Virus record (IMG/VR): IMGVR_UViG_3300027573_000001
Span: 1-63,982 of that record
From: a virus
DNA: 63,982 nucleotides
Direction: 5' to 3' (one strand)
This document shows positions 1 to 8,127 of the stretch, piece by piece; positions within the stretch are counted from its first letter, which is position 1; each line of letters begins with the position of its first letter. The notes below the pieces were generated by a model that made no database searches, was not told the DNA's origin, and was given only the letters and a program-made list of their open reading frames with translations. A program made the position numbers and the translations under genes.

Positions 1-127
1 CATTACTAGAGCCCCACTCTAGGGATATGCAGGCATTCCAGAGACAGTACAAGAATGCTGTAGTTCTAGGAAAGAAGTTCTGGACGCTCCATGATGCAAT
101 GAAAGGAATGTTCTTTGTAGATTGGGA
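1..127. repeat. Terminal direct repeat; assembly overlap of a circular or circularly permuted genome
   Basis: nt 1-127 read identically to nt 63856-63982. Confidence 0.95.
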
Positions 128-257
128 AGTGGATGAGAAGCGTAATACTAGATTATGGAAGTTTAGATTGAAAGAGCCGCCGAGAATTAACGGTGTAGCT
201 AATCCTAATGGAGTAGCTGTGCCAACCCCTTTTAAGGTAAGAAATGAGACAGCGTAA
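1..257 (+). CDS. 3' end of the primase-helicase CDS that begins at 61635 (wraps across the window junction)
   Basis: Frame of ATG 61635 stays open to 63982. Position 63856 equals position 1, so it continues in the frame of ORF 27..257 and stops at TAA 255-257. Total 825 aa. Confidence 0.8.
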   Translation, partial: LLEPHSRDMQAFQRQYKNAVVLGKKFWTLHDAMKGMFFVDWEVDEKRNTRLWKFRLKEPPRINGVANPNGVAVPTPFKVRNETA

Positions 258-429
258 GAGTGAAACTGTAATAGTATGCTTGGAGCCTGACTTACGATCA
301 ATATTACAATTGTTATTAGTACGTCAAGACTCTAGTGCATCAGGATATTTCCGACGATTAGCCATAGAAGATTTAAAGAAGAAAGGATTACTTACTGACG
401 AGATACTTACTAAGATTACGGTCGGGTAA
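244..429 (+). CDS. Small protein, possible ribbon-helix-helix DNA binder
   Basis: ORF track. Beta-alpha-alpha pattern VIVCLEP / DLRSILQLLL / SGYFRRLAIEDL. Overlaps the upstream stop. Confidence 0.45.
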   Translation: MRQRKSETVIVCLEPDLRSILQLLLVRQDSSASGYFRRLAIEDLKKKGLLTDEILTKITVG

Positions 430-436
430 ACTAGGT

Positions 437-619
437 ATGCCAAACATAATACAGTTTCCAAAGTGTGATTACTGTAATAAGTCAACTGGCGATATATTCT
501 TCTGTAAGCGTTGTCAACGATACTCCCATTTTAGGTGCCTAGTCGAAATAACAGAGGCCGATCGCTGTACACATAAAGCGTATGTACCAGTTCAAGGGGA
601 AGGTTGGGATATTCCATGA
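437..619 (+). CDS. Cys-rich zinc-finger-like small protein
   Basis: CDYC...CKRC...H..C pattern in the ORF-track translation. Confidence 0.5.
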   Translation: MPNIIQFPKCDYCNKSTGDIFFCKRCQRYSHFRCLVEITEADRCTHKAYVPVQGEGWDIP

Positions 620-879
620 CATACGATGAAATGATTACATACGTAATTAATACAGGAGTATATCGCGAAACCTTAGAGCAAGGATTACTGGACGTTAAAG
701 GTAAGGGCCATAGTCCAGTACAAACTCCGCCCTCCAAGTATATAGTAGAGGCTGACTCAGTAGGTTATACTTGCTCTAGGTGTGGTGGTGTACTGAATGA
801 AATGTACAATAGCAAAGATAGCATTATCTACGGCGGGAGTATGCTCTATGGTACTTGTCACGCAGGTAGCGTACAATAA
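616..879 (+). CDS. Hypothetical protein (CxxC-containing)
   Basis: ORF track 604..879. ATG at 616 forms an ATGA overlap with the upstream stop. Confidence 0.5.
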   Translation: MTYDEMITYVINTGVYRETLEQGLLDVKGKGHSPVQTPPSKYIVEADSVGYTCSRCGGVLNEMYNSKDSIIYGGSMLYGTCHAGSVQ

Positions 880-1256
880 TGCAAATGTTAACAATGATGC
901 CTCAGCACTTATGGGTTTTTCGTGCTAGAGTAGAAAGGGTTATTGATGGAGATACTTTAGACGTAACTATTGATTGGGGATTTCATTCTTCTAAAGTAGA
1001 ACGTATACGACTATTAGGAATTAATACACCAGAGAAAACTGGTTCAACACGAGTGGAAGGAATAGCTGCACAGGAATTTACTAGCTTGTGGTATGCTAAT
1101 GCGTTACATATGGCAAAGTGGCCTCTCATTATTCAAACAGAAAAGTCCGATGCATTTGGTAGGTACTTAGCTACAGTGTGGCGTATTATAGACGGTGCGT
1201 GTCTAAATGACGATTTAATTACAGAGGGTATGGCTGTTATTGATATACGTAAGTAG
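879..1256 (+). CDS. Staphylococcal-nuclease-like (thermonuclease) protein
   Basis: RVIDGDTLDV ... RIRLLGINTPE ... FGRYLA, the typical SNase motif order. Confidence 0.8.
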   Translation: MQMLTMMPQHLWVFRARVERVIDGDTLDVTIDWGFHSSKVERIRLLGINTPEKTGSTRVEGIAAQEFTSLWYANALHMAKWPLIIQTEKSDAFGRYLATVWRIIDGACLNDDLITEGMAVIDIRK

Positions 1257-1261
1257 GCAAT

Positions 1262-1320
1262 AAGCGGCGGTAGTCGCTACGCGCTACTATACCCCCTGTG
1301 CAATGCGGTTTTTGAGATAC
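1262..1320 (-). repeat. Dispersed motif copy F (core CCCTGTGCAA 1294-1303 on plus; CGCTACGCG mini-hairpin 1275-1283)
   Basis: Reverse complement reads TATCTCAAAA..GCATTGCACAGGGGG..GCGCGTAGCG, matching the other copies. Confidence 0.8.
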
Positions 1321-1335
1321 GTGTAGGAATGTATT

Positions 1336-1533
1336 ATGCCTCTCCAAGATCGGAAATTAAAGTGTGACAAGTTAGATGGCGTGCATTTATTTGATATAGT
1401 ACGTCAACGACTTGGAGTAACTTGTAGGTGTGGGCAACGCAAACAAGACTTTGAGTACTTACAAGGTTATAACTTAACGGTACGTGTAAAGATTAAAGGT
1501 AAGAGTAAGATCAACTTTAGTGGGGTGAACTAA
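1336..1533 (+). CDS. Hypothetical small protein
   Basis: ORF track; packed with same-strand neighbours. Confidence 0.45.
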   Translation: MPLQDRKLKCDKLDGVHLFDIVRQRLGVTCRCGQRKQDFEYLQGYNLTVRVKIKGKSKINFSGVN

Positions 1534-1535
1534 TT

Positions 1536-1976
1536 ATGTTAAAGACTGTTATGTGTATGCATGGTGAGGCTATTAATTTCTATTCTTGCCCTGAATGTTA
1601 TAAAATGGCATATGAATATAAGCCTGACGGTAATATAACTCTTAGTCAAGCTATGTCTGAGTCATATAGTAATGCTAAGGAGAAAGGATTTCATAACGTA
1701 AATCAGTCGTTTGGCGATAAGATGATGCTTGCTGTTAGTGAACTAGCAGAGGCATTAGAAGAATATCGTAATGGGTGTGGAGTGCAAACAATATACTTTG
1801 TATTAGATAGTGAGGGTAAACCAAAGCCAGAAGGAGTGCCAATAGAAATAATAGATTGCATGATTCGCCTGTTCGATAATTGTGGGTATTATAATATACC
1901 TATTACACAAATATACATGCTAAAGACTGAGTATAACAAAAGCCGCCCACATTTACATGGTAATAAGAAGCTATGA
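1536..1976 (+). CDS. MazG-like nucleotide pyrophosphohydrolase (putative)
   Basis: Helical EXXE-type motif LAVSELAEALEEYRNG and a later acidic helix IEIIDCMIRLFD. Confidence 0.55.
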   Translation: MLKTVMCMHGEAINFYSCPECYKMAYEYKPDGNITLSQAMSESYSNAKEKGFHNVNQSFGDKMMLAVSELAEALEEYRNGCGVQTIYFVLDSEGKPKPEGVPIEIIDCMIRLFDNCGYYNIPITQIYMLKTEYNKSRPHLHGNKKL

Positions 1977-2143
1977 TTATTACGACTAAGAATGGTAAAC
2001 CTTACATGAGTAGCTGTCACAAGGTTATGCCGTTAAAGCGTATAGATACTAATAGCCTGAAAGAACGTGCTCAGCGATTGGCTGAGAAGCATAAGAAATC
2101 ACTTAAAATTTTAGAAGAAAGTGATAAAAGAGTAAATGGTACT
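1973..2143 (+). CDS. Hypothetical 56-aa protein (below ORF-track cutoff)
   Basis: ATGA overlap with the upstream stop; manual translation MIITTKNGKPYMSSCHKVMPLKR...; ends within the polymerase start. Confidence 0.3.
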
Positions 2144-4613
2144 AGCTGAGGCACAAACACACGTATACGGATCACAATGCCACTCGAATGGTATTCGAGG
2201 ATATGGTAATGCTAATGCAGAAATTATGTTCCTCGGAATCGCGCCAGGGCGTGATGAAGTACGTAAAGGTACGCCGTTTACTGGTCCTAGTGGGCAGTTA
2301 CTTAATAGTGTTCTGCATAGTGTTGGTCTTGAAAGAGATAGTGTCTATTGCACCAACCTTATCTGCTACTGGAAAAATGATCCGACGCCGTCTGAACAAG
2401 CGCCGTGCAGAGAACGCCTCAAAGCAGAGATTAAAGGCATTGGGCCTAAAGTCATATATCTTCTTGGAGCCATAGCTACTGAGGCTTTTGTAGGTCGAGT
2501 GCTTGCAGGTAAGAATGGTGCGCGTGGTGCAGTTATATGGAGTGAAGAATACCAAGCATATCTGATTCCTACATATCACCCGTCTGGTATTCTTCAAGGA
2601 TTAAATGACAGACATGGTAAGGATAGTAGAGGCGGAGAGTTTATCTATGACTTATATCGTGACTTAAAGAAGTGGAATTATGTACGTGAGTGGGGTTCAG
2701 GAATTACAAGTGATCCTACTCCTGGAGGCGGATCGCCATTAGCACAAATAACGTATGAGGTATTAAATGCTGAGGGTAGCAATGATAGTATCTCAGCTAA
2801 AATTAATGCTTTTCTGGATTTACTACCAAGAAATAGTCCAGTCGCCTTTGATGTGGAAACTTATAATCCTTCCCCTGATACTATTGACGTGTGGGGTGAT
2901 ACTCTACTGTGTTTTAGTATATCTACTAGTGAGAGAGCATGGGTCTTTCCGCTTGAACTAATTGAGCGAATGAAAGAACCAGAAGTAGCTAGTCAAATTC
3001 ACTGGCCTAACGATATTCAGTGGACATTCCACAATGCACAATTCGATACACAGATTATAAAGAAGAATCTTGATATATGGCTTACAGTTCATGAAGACAC
3101 TATGCTTATGTCATATAGTCTTGATGAGCGTGGTGGTGTGCATGGATTAAAGACATTAGCACGTGAGTATCTAGGTGCAGGATGGTGGGAGCAAGTACGA
3201 GAAAAGGGTAAGAAGCGGCTTAGTGAAATACCACGAGAACTATTGTACGAGTACAATGCTAAGGATGCGTGCTATACGGCTCGACTTGCAGAGTACTTTA
3301 AGCCACTACAAGAGGCTGACAACGTTCGACAAGTATATGAGAACATACTTATACCAGCCGTTAATGCTGTAAAAGAAGTTCAGTATCGAGGCTTTAAAAT
3401 TAGTCGTAAGAAGCACATGCAGTTTGCTATTGAATGGGGTAAGCTGTATTTAGAACTAGAAGAAAAGCTACAACAAATGGCTCGGGACAATGGATGGGAA
3501 GGTGAACTAAATTTACAGTCTCCGATACAGATTAGCAAGTTTCTATATACATATCTTAGCTTACCTATTAAGAAGATGGGCAAGACTGTAGCATCAACTG
3601 ACATGGAAACGCTAAAGGAATTAGCTGGACTACATGAATTTGTTGACGAGTTTATTCGATATAGACATGTAGCTAGGTATTATGATACTTACATTACAGG
3701 GTTCGGTAAACGTATTAAGGAAGACAGTCGAGTACACGCATACGTTAAAATTCACGGTGCTCGTACAGGACGATGGAGTTATGGCGACCCTCCACTACAA
3801 ACCATCCCCCAAACCTACGAAAAAGAAGGAGTAGAAGAAGACTTCCAGCAAACTAGAGAAATGTTCATACCGTCTACTAAAGATCATGTGATCCTTGAAG
3901 TAGACTATGGTAAGGGGGAGATTTGGTGTGGGCAGGCTCTTAGCGGTGATCCTGTCATGCTTGAAGACCTTATGAGTGGAGATTATCACAGTAAGGTAGC
4001 ATCAGATACTCAGGGAATACCATTACAGGAAGTAAACAAAGAACATAGATTCAAGGCTAAGAAAACAACATTTGGAGTTATGTATGCGATCGAAGCCAAC
4101 AGTCTTAGCAAGCAGATTAAAGTCTCTAAGCTCGAAGCTCAAATATACATTGACCGATTCTATCGGCGTTACCCTACTTATACTAAATACGTCGAGTGGG
4201 TCAAGAAGCAAGTCTTACAGTTGGGGGAACTGGTTTCTAAAACAGGAAGAAAGCGAAGATTCTTCATACTGGACAGTGGTGTACGCGCCCTCAAACAAGC
4301 CGTTAACTATCCAATTCAGTCGGCTCTTGGTGACTTCACAGTACTATCGTATATATACTTACACAATGAGTTTAAGGCTAGGAGTCTGGACGCGCACGTT
4401 CTCGTACAAGTACACGACAGCCTTGTTTTCGAGGTCCACAAATCCTGCTTGGACGAAGTTACTACATTAGTTCATGATGTTATGACAAAGAAGTGGTTTT
4501 CTAATTTTCCACGCTTGCCAGTAGAAATGAGCATGGGGCCAAATTGGGGTAAGACTAAAGGTTTCCATGACTGTGTGTTGAAAGGATGTGTAAATGAGTG
4601 GGCGAGTACCTGA
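2136..4613 (+). CDS. Fusion of family-4 UDG-like domain, 3'-5' exonuclease and family A DNA polymerase
   Basis: N-terminus GIAPGRDEVRKGTPFTGPSG and YHPSGIL (UDG family 4 motifs). Exo region FDVETY / NAQFDTQ. Pol A motifs VDYGKGEIW, RFKAKKTTFGVMY, QVHDSLVFE. Confidence 0.9.
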   Translation: MVLAEAQTHVYGSQCHSNGIRGYGNANAEIMFLGIAPGRDEVRKGTPFTGPSGQLLNSVLHSVGLERDSVYCTNLICYWKNDPTPSEQAPCRERLKAEIKGIGPKVIYLLGAIATEAFVGRVLAGKNGARGAVIWSEEYQAYLIPTYHPSGILQGLNDRHGKDSRGGEFIYDLYRDLKKWNYVREWGSGITSDPTPGGGSPLAQITYEVLNAEGSNDSISAKINAFLDLLPRNSPVAFDVETYNPSPDTIDVWGDTLLCFSISTSERAWVFPLELIERMKEPEVASQIHWPNDIQWTFHNAQFDTQIIKKNLDIWLTVHEDTMLMSYSLDERGGVHGLKTLAREYLGAGWWEQVREKGKKRLSEIPRELLYEYNAKDACYTARLAEYFKPLQEADNVRQVYENILIPAVNAVKEVQYRGFKISRKKHMQFAIEWGKLYLELEEKLQQMARDNGWEGELNLQSPIQISKFLYTYLSLPIKKMGKTVASTDMETLKELAGLHEFVDEFIRYRHVARYYDTYITGFGKRIKEDSRVHAYVKIHGARTGRWSYGDPPLQTIPQTYEKEGVEEDFQQTREMFIPSTKDHVILEVDYGKGEIWCGQALSGDPVMLEDLMSGDYHSKVASDTQGIPLQEVNKEHRFKAKKTTFGVMYAIEANSLSKQIKVSKLEAQIYIDRFYRRYPTYTKYVEWVKKQVLQLGELVSKTGRKRRFFILDSGVRALKQAVNYPIQSALGDFTVLSYIYLHNEFKARSLDAHVLVQVHDSLVFEVHKSCLDEVTTLVHDVMTKKWFSNFPRLPVEMSMGPNWGKTKGFHDCVLKGCVNEWAST

Positions 4614-4758
4614 TAACTGCCCTAAGTGTGGAGCAGTAACGGATACAGAATCCGCAGTAGGTGTAAATGAAAATCACACTACGTATATTTATTGTCTGTG
4701 GTGTGAGTATGTACTAGATGGAAACTATCTCGACGATGAAGGAACGGTGACTAAATGA
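4594..4758 (+). CDS. Zinc-ribbon small protein (54 aa)
   Basis: Manual translation MSGRVPDNCPKCG...CLWCEY; overlaps flanking genes. Confidence 0.4.
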   Translation: MSGRVPDNCPKCGAVTDTESAVGVNENHTTYIYCLWCEYVLDGNYLDDEGTVTK

Positions 4759-4928
4759 GTACTTCTAAGAAAGAAAGATTACTTAAAGTAATTTTACTTT
4801 TGCGTGATCTACCAAGTGCAATCGTATTTAATGAATTAGTTAAAGACAAAAGTAAAGCTAAGGAAGCGCAGCGTCATATTGACGCTGCTGCTGAAATACT
4901 TTACAAAGAATATATGAAACAGTATTAG
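4755..4928 (+). CDS. Hypothetical 57-aa helical protein
   Basis: ATGA overlap with the upstream stop; manual translation MSTSKKERLLKVILLLRD... Confidence 0.4.
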   Translation: MSTSKKERLLKVILLLRDLPSAIVFNELVKDKSKAKEAQRHIDAAAEILYKEYMKQY

Positions 4929-4940
4929 GAAACTTAGAGA

Positions 4941-5393
4941 ATGAAAATTCTTGCAATTGATCCTGGTGAGACTAATGGTGTAGCAGTATGTATTGATAAT
5001 TGTTATATGACTACAATACTAACTGAGCCAACAGACTTCTTTAAGTTCTTTCAGGAAGGCTTAGATGCTGTAGTTATAGAGCAGTTTGCTGCTAGTGTAA
5101 TTAGTAAATATGGACTGCACACAGTCCGTATAGTTGGAGGTATAGAGATTCTTTGTAAGTATTTAGATGTTCCGTTAAAGCATCAGACTCCACAATCGCG
5201 CTTAGCATTTGTAGATTTTGCTATTAGACTAGTACGTAAGCAAGGTACTTATACGTCTATCGGAGACAGGCATCATCATCAAGTAGATGCTTTAGCACAT
5301 TTATTACGTTACCAAAATGACATAGGTTCTATACGTATAAAAGGTGATGATCTAATAACTACTCAGGATAGGAGTGTAATTGTAAGTTTGTAA
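4941..5393 (+). CDS. RuvC-like Holliday junction resolvase
   Basis: MKILAIDPGETNGVAV, VVIEQF and HQVDALAH acidic motifs in the RuvC order. Confidence 0.75.
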   Translation: MKILAIDPGETNGVAVCIDNCYMTTILTEPTDFFKFFQEGLDAVVIEQFAASVISKYGLHTVRIVGGIEILCKYLDVPLKHQTPQSRLAFVDFAIRLVRKQGTYTSIGDRHHHQVDALAHLLRYQNDIGSIRIKGDDLITTQDRSVIVSL

Positions 5394-5404
5394 TACAAGT
5401 ATCC

Positions 5405-5463
5405 TTAATAATATCTTTTATCTTAAAACTCGCTTTGCACAGGGGTTAGGTAGCGCGAAGCGT
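5405..5463 (+). repeat. Dispersed motif copy A (TATCTTTTATCTTAAAA, core TTGCACAGGG 5435-5444, GCGAAGC mini-hairpin 5455-5461)
   Basis: Read directly; 18 nt upstream of ATG 5481. Confidence 0.85.
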
Positions 5464-5480
5464 AATAAAAAGGGGGTTGT

Positions 5481-5921
5481 ATGCCTGGATTTATTTACGA
5501 AAAGGAGGCTACTAGTTTGGGGGCAATACATAAGTTTATAAACATGCCTGAAAAACGTGAGTGTGGAGGGTGTGGACAAGAATTAAGTCATCCCGATCAT
5601 ATACAACCACAAACGTATCGCAAGCCAATCAAGGGAAGGTTTGACCTAATCCCGCCTGTGGCTTTACGTGCATTATCTAAAATATACGAAGAGGGTGCGA
5701 ATGTATATGGAGAGAGTCAGTACATTAGCTCGCCGATGCCTCATAGCGTAGTAATTAATCACTTAATTAATCACTTGACTCTGGCTCAAAGTGGAGATAA
5801 ATCAGAAGATCATTGGGCTAAGATAGCATGGGCTGCTTTCACAATGATAGTGTATGAAAGTATGGATTTAGGAGAAGCTGACTTAACAAGGTACGGAGTA
5901 GTACCTAAGAAGAACGACTAA
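5481..5921 (+). CDS. DUF5664-like protein (dATP/dGTP diphosphohydrolase-like N-terminal domain), putative
   Basis: RFDLIPPVALRALSKIYEEGANVYGESQY resembles the family signature as recalled; SD AAGGGGG upstream. Confidence 0.45.
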   Translation: MPGFIYEKEATSLGAIHKFINMPEKRECGGCGQELSHPDHIQPQTYRKPIKGRFDLIPPVALRALSKIYEEGANVYGESQYISSPMPHSVVINHLINHLTLAQSGDKSEDHWAKIAWAAFTMIVYESMDLGEADLTRYGVVPKKND

Positions 5922-5928
5922 ACAAAAA

Positions 5929-5958
5929 ACAGGCCAGTACAATTAAGTACTGGCCTGT
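5929..5958. terminator. Bidirectional intrinsic terminator between convergent blocks
   Basis: 12-bp perfect stem ACAGGCCAGTAC / GTACTGGCCTGT, 6-nt loop, A-run upstream and T-rich downstream. Confidence 0.75.
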
Positions 5959-5973
5959 TTGTGTGTGTGTGAA

Positions 5974-6129
5974 CTACTGGAACAAATCCTTTAAAGCGTA
6001 AAAGAACAGGCCAGCAGAAATAAATGAGAAACGTGCGATAGACTCGTGTGCCCTATAATTAATAAAAGCGCCTATAGCAAACAACACTATTGCAATTACA
6101 AGACATATAATCTGTGGTGTTACTGCCAT
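5974..6129 (-). CDS. Holin-like small membrane protein (51 aa, two hydrophobic segments)
   Basis: Manual translation MAVTPQIICLVIAIVLFAIGAFINYRAHESIARFSFISAGLFFYALKDLFQ; directly downstream of the amidase. Confidence 0.5.
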   Translation of the reverse strand: MAVTPQIICLVIAIVLFAIGAFINYRAHESIARFSFISAGLFFYALKDLFQ

Positions 6130-6142
6130 GAGTCTTCCCTTT

Positions 6143-6532
6143 CTATACGCTATTTTTCCATTCGTTAAAGTACGGTCCTGGGCATGATGTGGCGTAAGTG
6201 GTGTTATGTGCCATCTTTACTAGTGGCTTCTTTAGTTGTCGTTCACACCACAGACGAGCCTCCTTTAACCCGTCTATTTGTTTAGGCGTAGGACGTACAT
6301 CTCCTGTGTAGCATATACCAATGGCACGCTCGTTACGTCCTGGTGCGCCATTGTGCCACACACGACGATCTAGGTCTTGTGTGTAGTAGAACTTACCTGT
6401 GGAGTCTATTATTATATGATAGGCGATTGCAGGGAAGTCTGCTTGTGCAGTAGGCCCGATCTGATACTGTGCTATGGCCTGTACGCTAGTAACTATTGGC
6501 GATGCTGTGTAGTGGAAGTCTATACTGTCCAC
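6143..6532 (-). CDS. N-acetylmuramoyl-L-alanine amidase (PGRP / amidase_2 type)
   Basis: AYHIIID...VWHNGAPGRNERAIGICYTGD...CPG motifs. Confidence 0.8.
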   Translation of the reverse strand: MDSIDFHYTASPIVTSVQAIAQYQIGPTAQADFPAIAYHIIIDSTGKFYYTQDLDRRVWHNGAPGRNERAIGICYTGDVRPTPKQIDGLKEARLWCERQLKKPLVKMAHNTTYATSCPGPYFNEWKNSV

Positions 6533-6627
6533 GATGCTTATGTTACGTAATGGGTAAGGGTACCGTTGATCGTATCCTGATCGTACAGGTAATTTGCCTC
6601 GTAGGTCTACTGGCTCAGTAAGTGAGG

Positions 6628-8106
6628 CTACTTCTGAGCCGCTCGGAAAAAATATGACTTATTAGCGGATTTATAATACTCCATCTTACCAGTAGTAGTT
6701 AACTGATAAGAGTAGTCTGGATTAGGGTAGATTTCGTGTGTTAATGGGGTGCCAACGACTGCTGGCCCTAATTGATTTGCTAAATCTTTAAAGCCAAAAA
6801 TAAACTCTGGTGCAGTTGGCTGTGGTGTTGGCGTTGGCTGTGCGCTAGCTGGTTCTGCCCAATCCTTACCTAGAATAACATCTAAGTAATGGTGCATCTG
6901 TCCTACATAACAAGACGGTACAACATCCTCATGTGGGCATCGCCAATTACGTGTACCATCCCATGTAGGATGTGTAAGCCCATCCTTTGTGTATCCTGCT
7001 ACGTTGGCTGGCCCCCAATTATATGCAGCTAATGCTTTCTTCCAGGAACCAAACTGATTACGATATTGTTTCATTACGTCCATAGACTTAGTAAGATTAT
7101 TGAAAGGGTCTTCCCAATCACTCGGCGGATAGAAGCGTGAGTTTAACTGTCCTAGTCCTTTAGAGCCTGTAGGAGAGGTTAGTACAGAACCGTCGGCTCT
7201 ATAGTGATTCCAATTTGACTCTTGCCGTATTTGCTTGTTGTACATATCGTCAAATGGTATACCACGTATGGCACAGCCATCTTTAGCAAATACTATCCAC
7301 TGAGGCTGGTCAGCATTAGGATTAGTGGGCATATCAGGTTCCTCCTGTAAGCTAGCTTGATTCATAATTAAATCATAGCGCTCTGGGTTGTGTGCAATAT
7401 CAAATGCCTCAGACCACCACGGAGATGGATTGAACCATTCATATATGAAAAAATAGGACTCTAATCCCTGTTCTAATAAGTATGTAAATATCTGTTTCTC
7501 TTCTTCTAAGTCACCGTTGGCGTGGAATTCTGTTAGGGCTAATGGTAATGTAGAGAACTCTTGTGCATACAAAGTATGTTCAGTGTGTATATTCTCGAGA
7601 TTATCATATGCATGGAAGTTAATTACATCGTGACGGAGTGCTGCATCTTTCCATAAGTATACGTAGTCCATACATTGATGATCTTTGTTTGGAGTGAATG
7701 CAGGCCAGTGCATTTTAGTGTTAGGTAGAGCCTGCCGTAGTATACTTACTAAACGAGTAGCGAAAGCAGCTATTGTAGCATAGCGTCCAGGCAAGTCTTG
7801 GAAGTCGTCTTCATTATCTCCACGCTCGTAATTTAAATCTAATTCATTAGCCCATACAAGATCAGTTACTTGTAGGCCGTGAAGCTCGTCCAGTACCATA
7901 CTAGCGTATCGAGTAGCACTCCAGTTTAGTTCTGCTGGCCGTTTACCAGGGGGAGGTACTATACGATATAATACTTTCTTTCTATTATCATATGCCTCGT
8001 TTACATGCCAGTGCTCGCTACTCAACATGAGTAGTGATCCAGGCAAAGCTAGTATATGATCGTTTCCATGTGTAACAGGTCCATTAGGCCAGCCCACGCC
8101 TATCAT
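6628..8106 (-). CDS. Two-domain glycan hydrolase: N-terminal clan GH-A-like TIM barrel plus lytic transglycosylase (SLT) domain
   Basis: WANELDLN and LALTEFHAN (acid and nucleophile Glu candidates). IRQESNWN...GLGQLNSRFY...AYNWGPANV (SLT). Confidence 0.65.
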   Translation of the reverse strand: MIGVGWPNGPVTHGNDHILALPGSLLMLSSEHWHVNEAYDNRKKVLYRIVPPPGKRPAELNWSATRYASMVLDELHGLQVTDLVWANELDLNYERGDNEDDFQDLPGRYATIAAFATRLVSILRQALPNTKMHWPAFTPNKDHQCMDYVYLWKDAALRHDVINFHAYDNLENIHTEHTLYAQEFSTLPLALTEFHANGDLEEEKQIFTYLLEQGLESYFFIYEWFNPSPWWSEAFDIAHNPERYDLIMNQASLQEEPDMPTNPNADQPQWIVFAKDGCAIRGIPFDDMYNKQIRQESNWNHYRADGSVLTSPTGSKGLGQLNSRFYPPSDWEDPFNNLTKSMDVMKQYRNQFGSWKKALAAYNWGPANVAGYTKDGLTHPTWDGTRNWRCPHEDVVPSCYVGQMHHYLDVILGKDWAEPASAQPTPTPQPTAPEFIFGFKDLANQLGPAVVGTPLTHEIYPNPDYSYQLTTTGKMEYYKSANKSYFFRAAQK

Positions 8107-8127
8107 ATAATACCTATACTTTATAGT

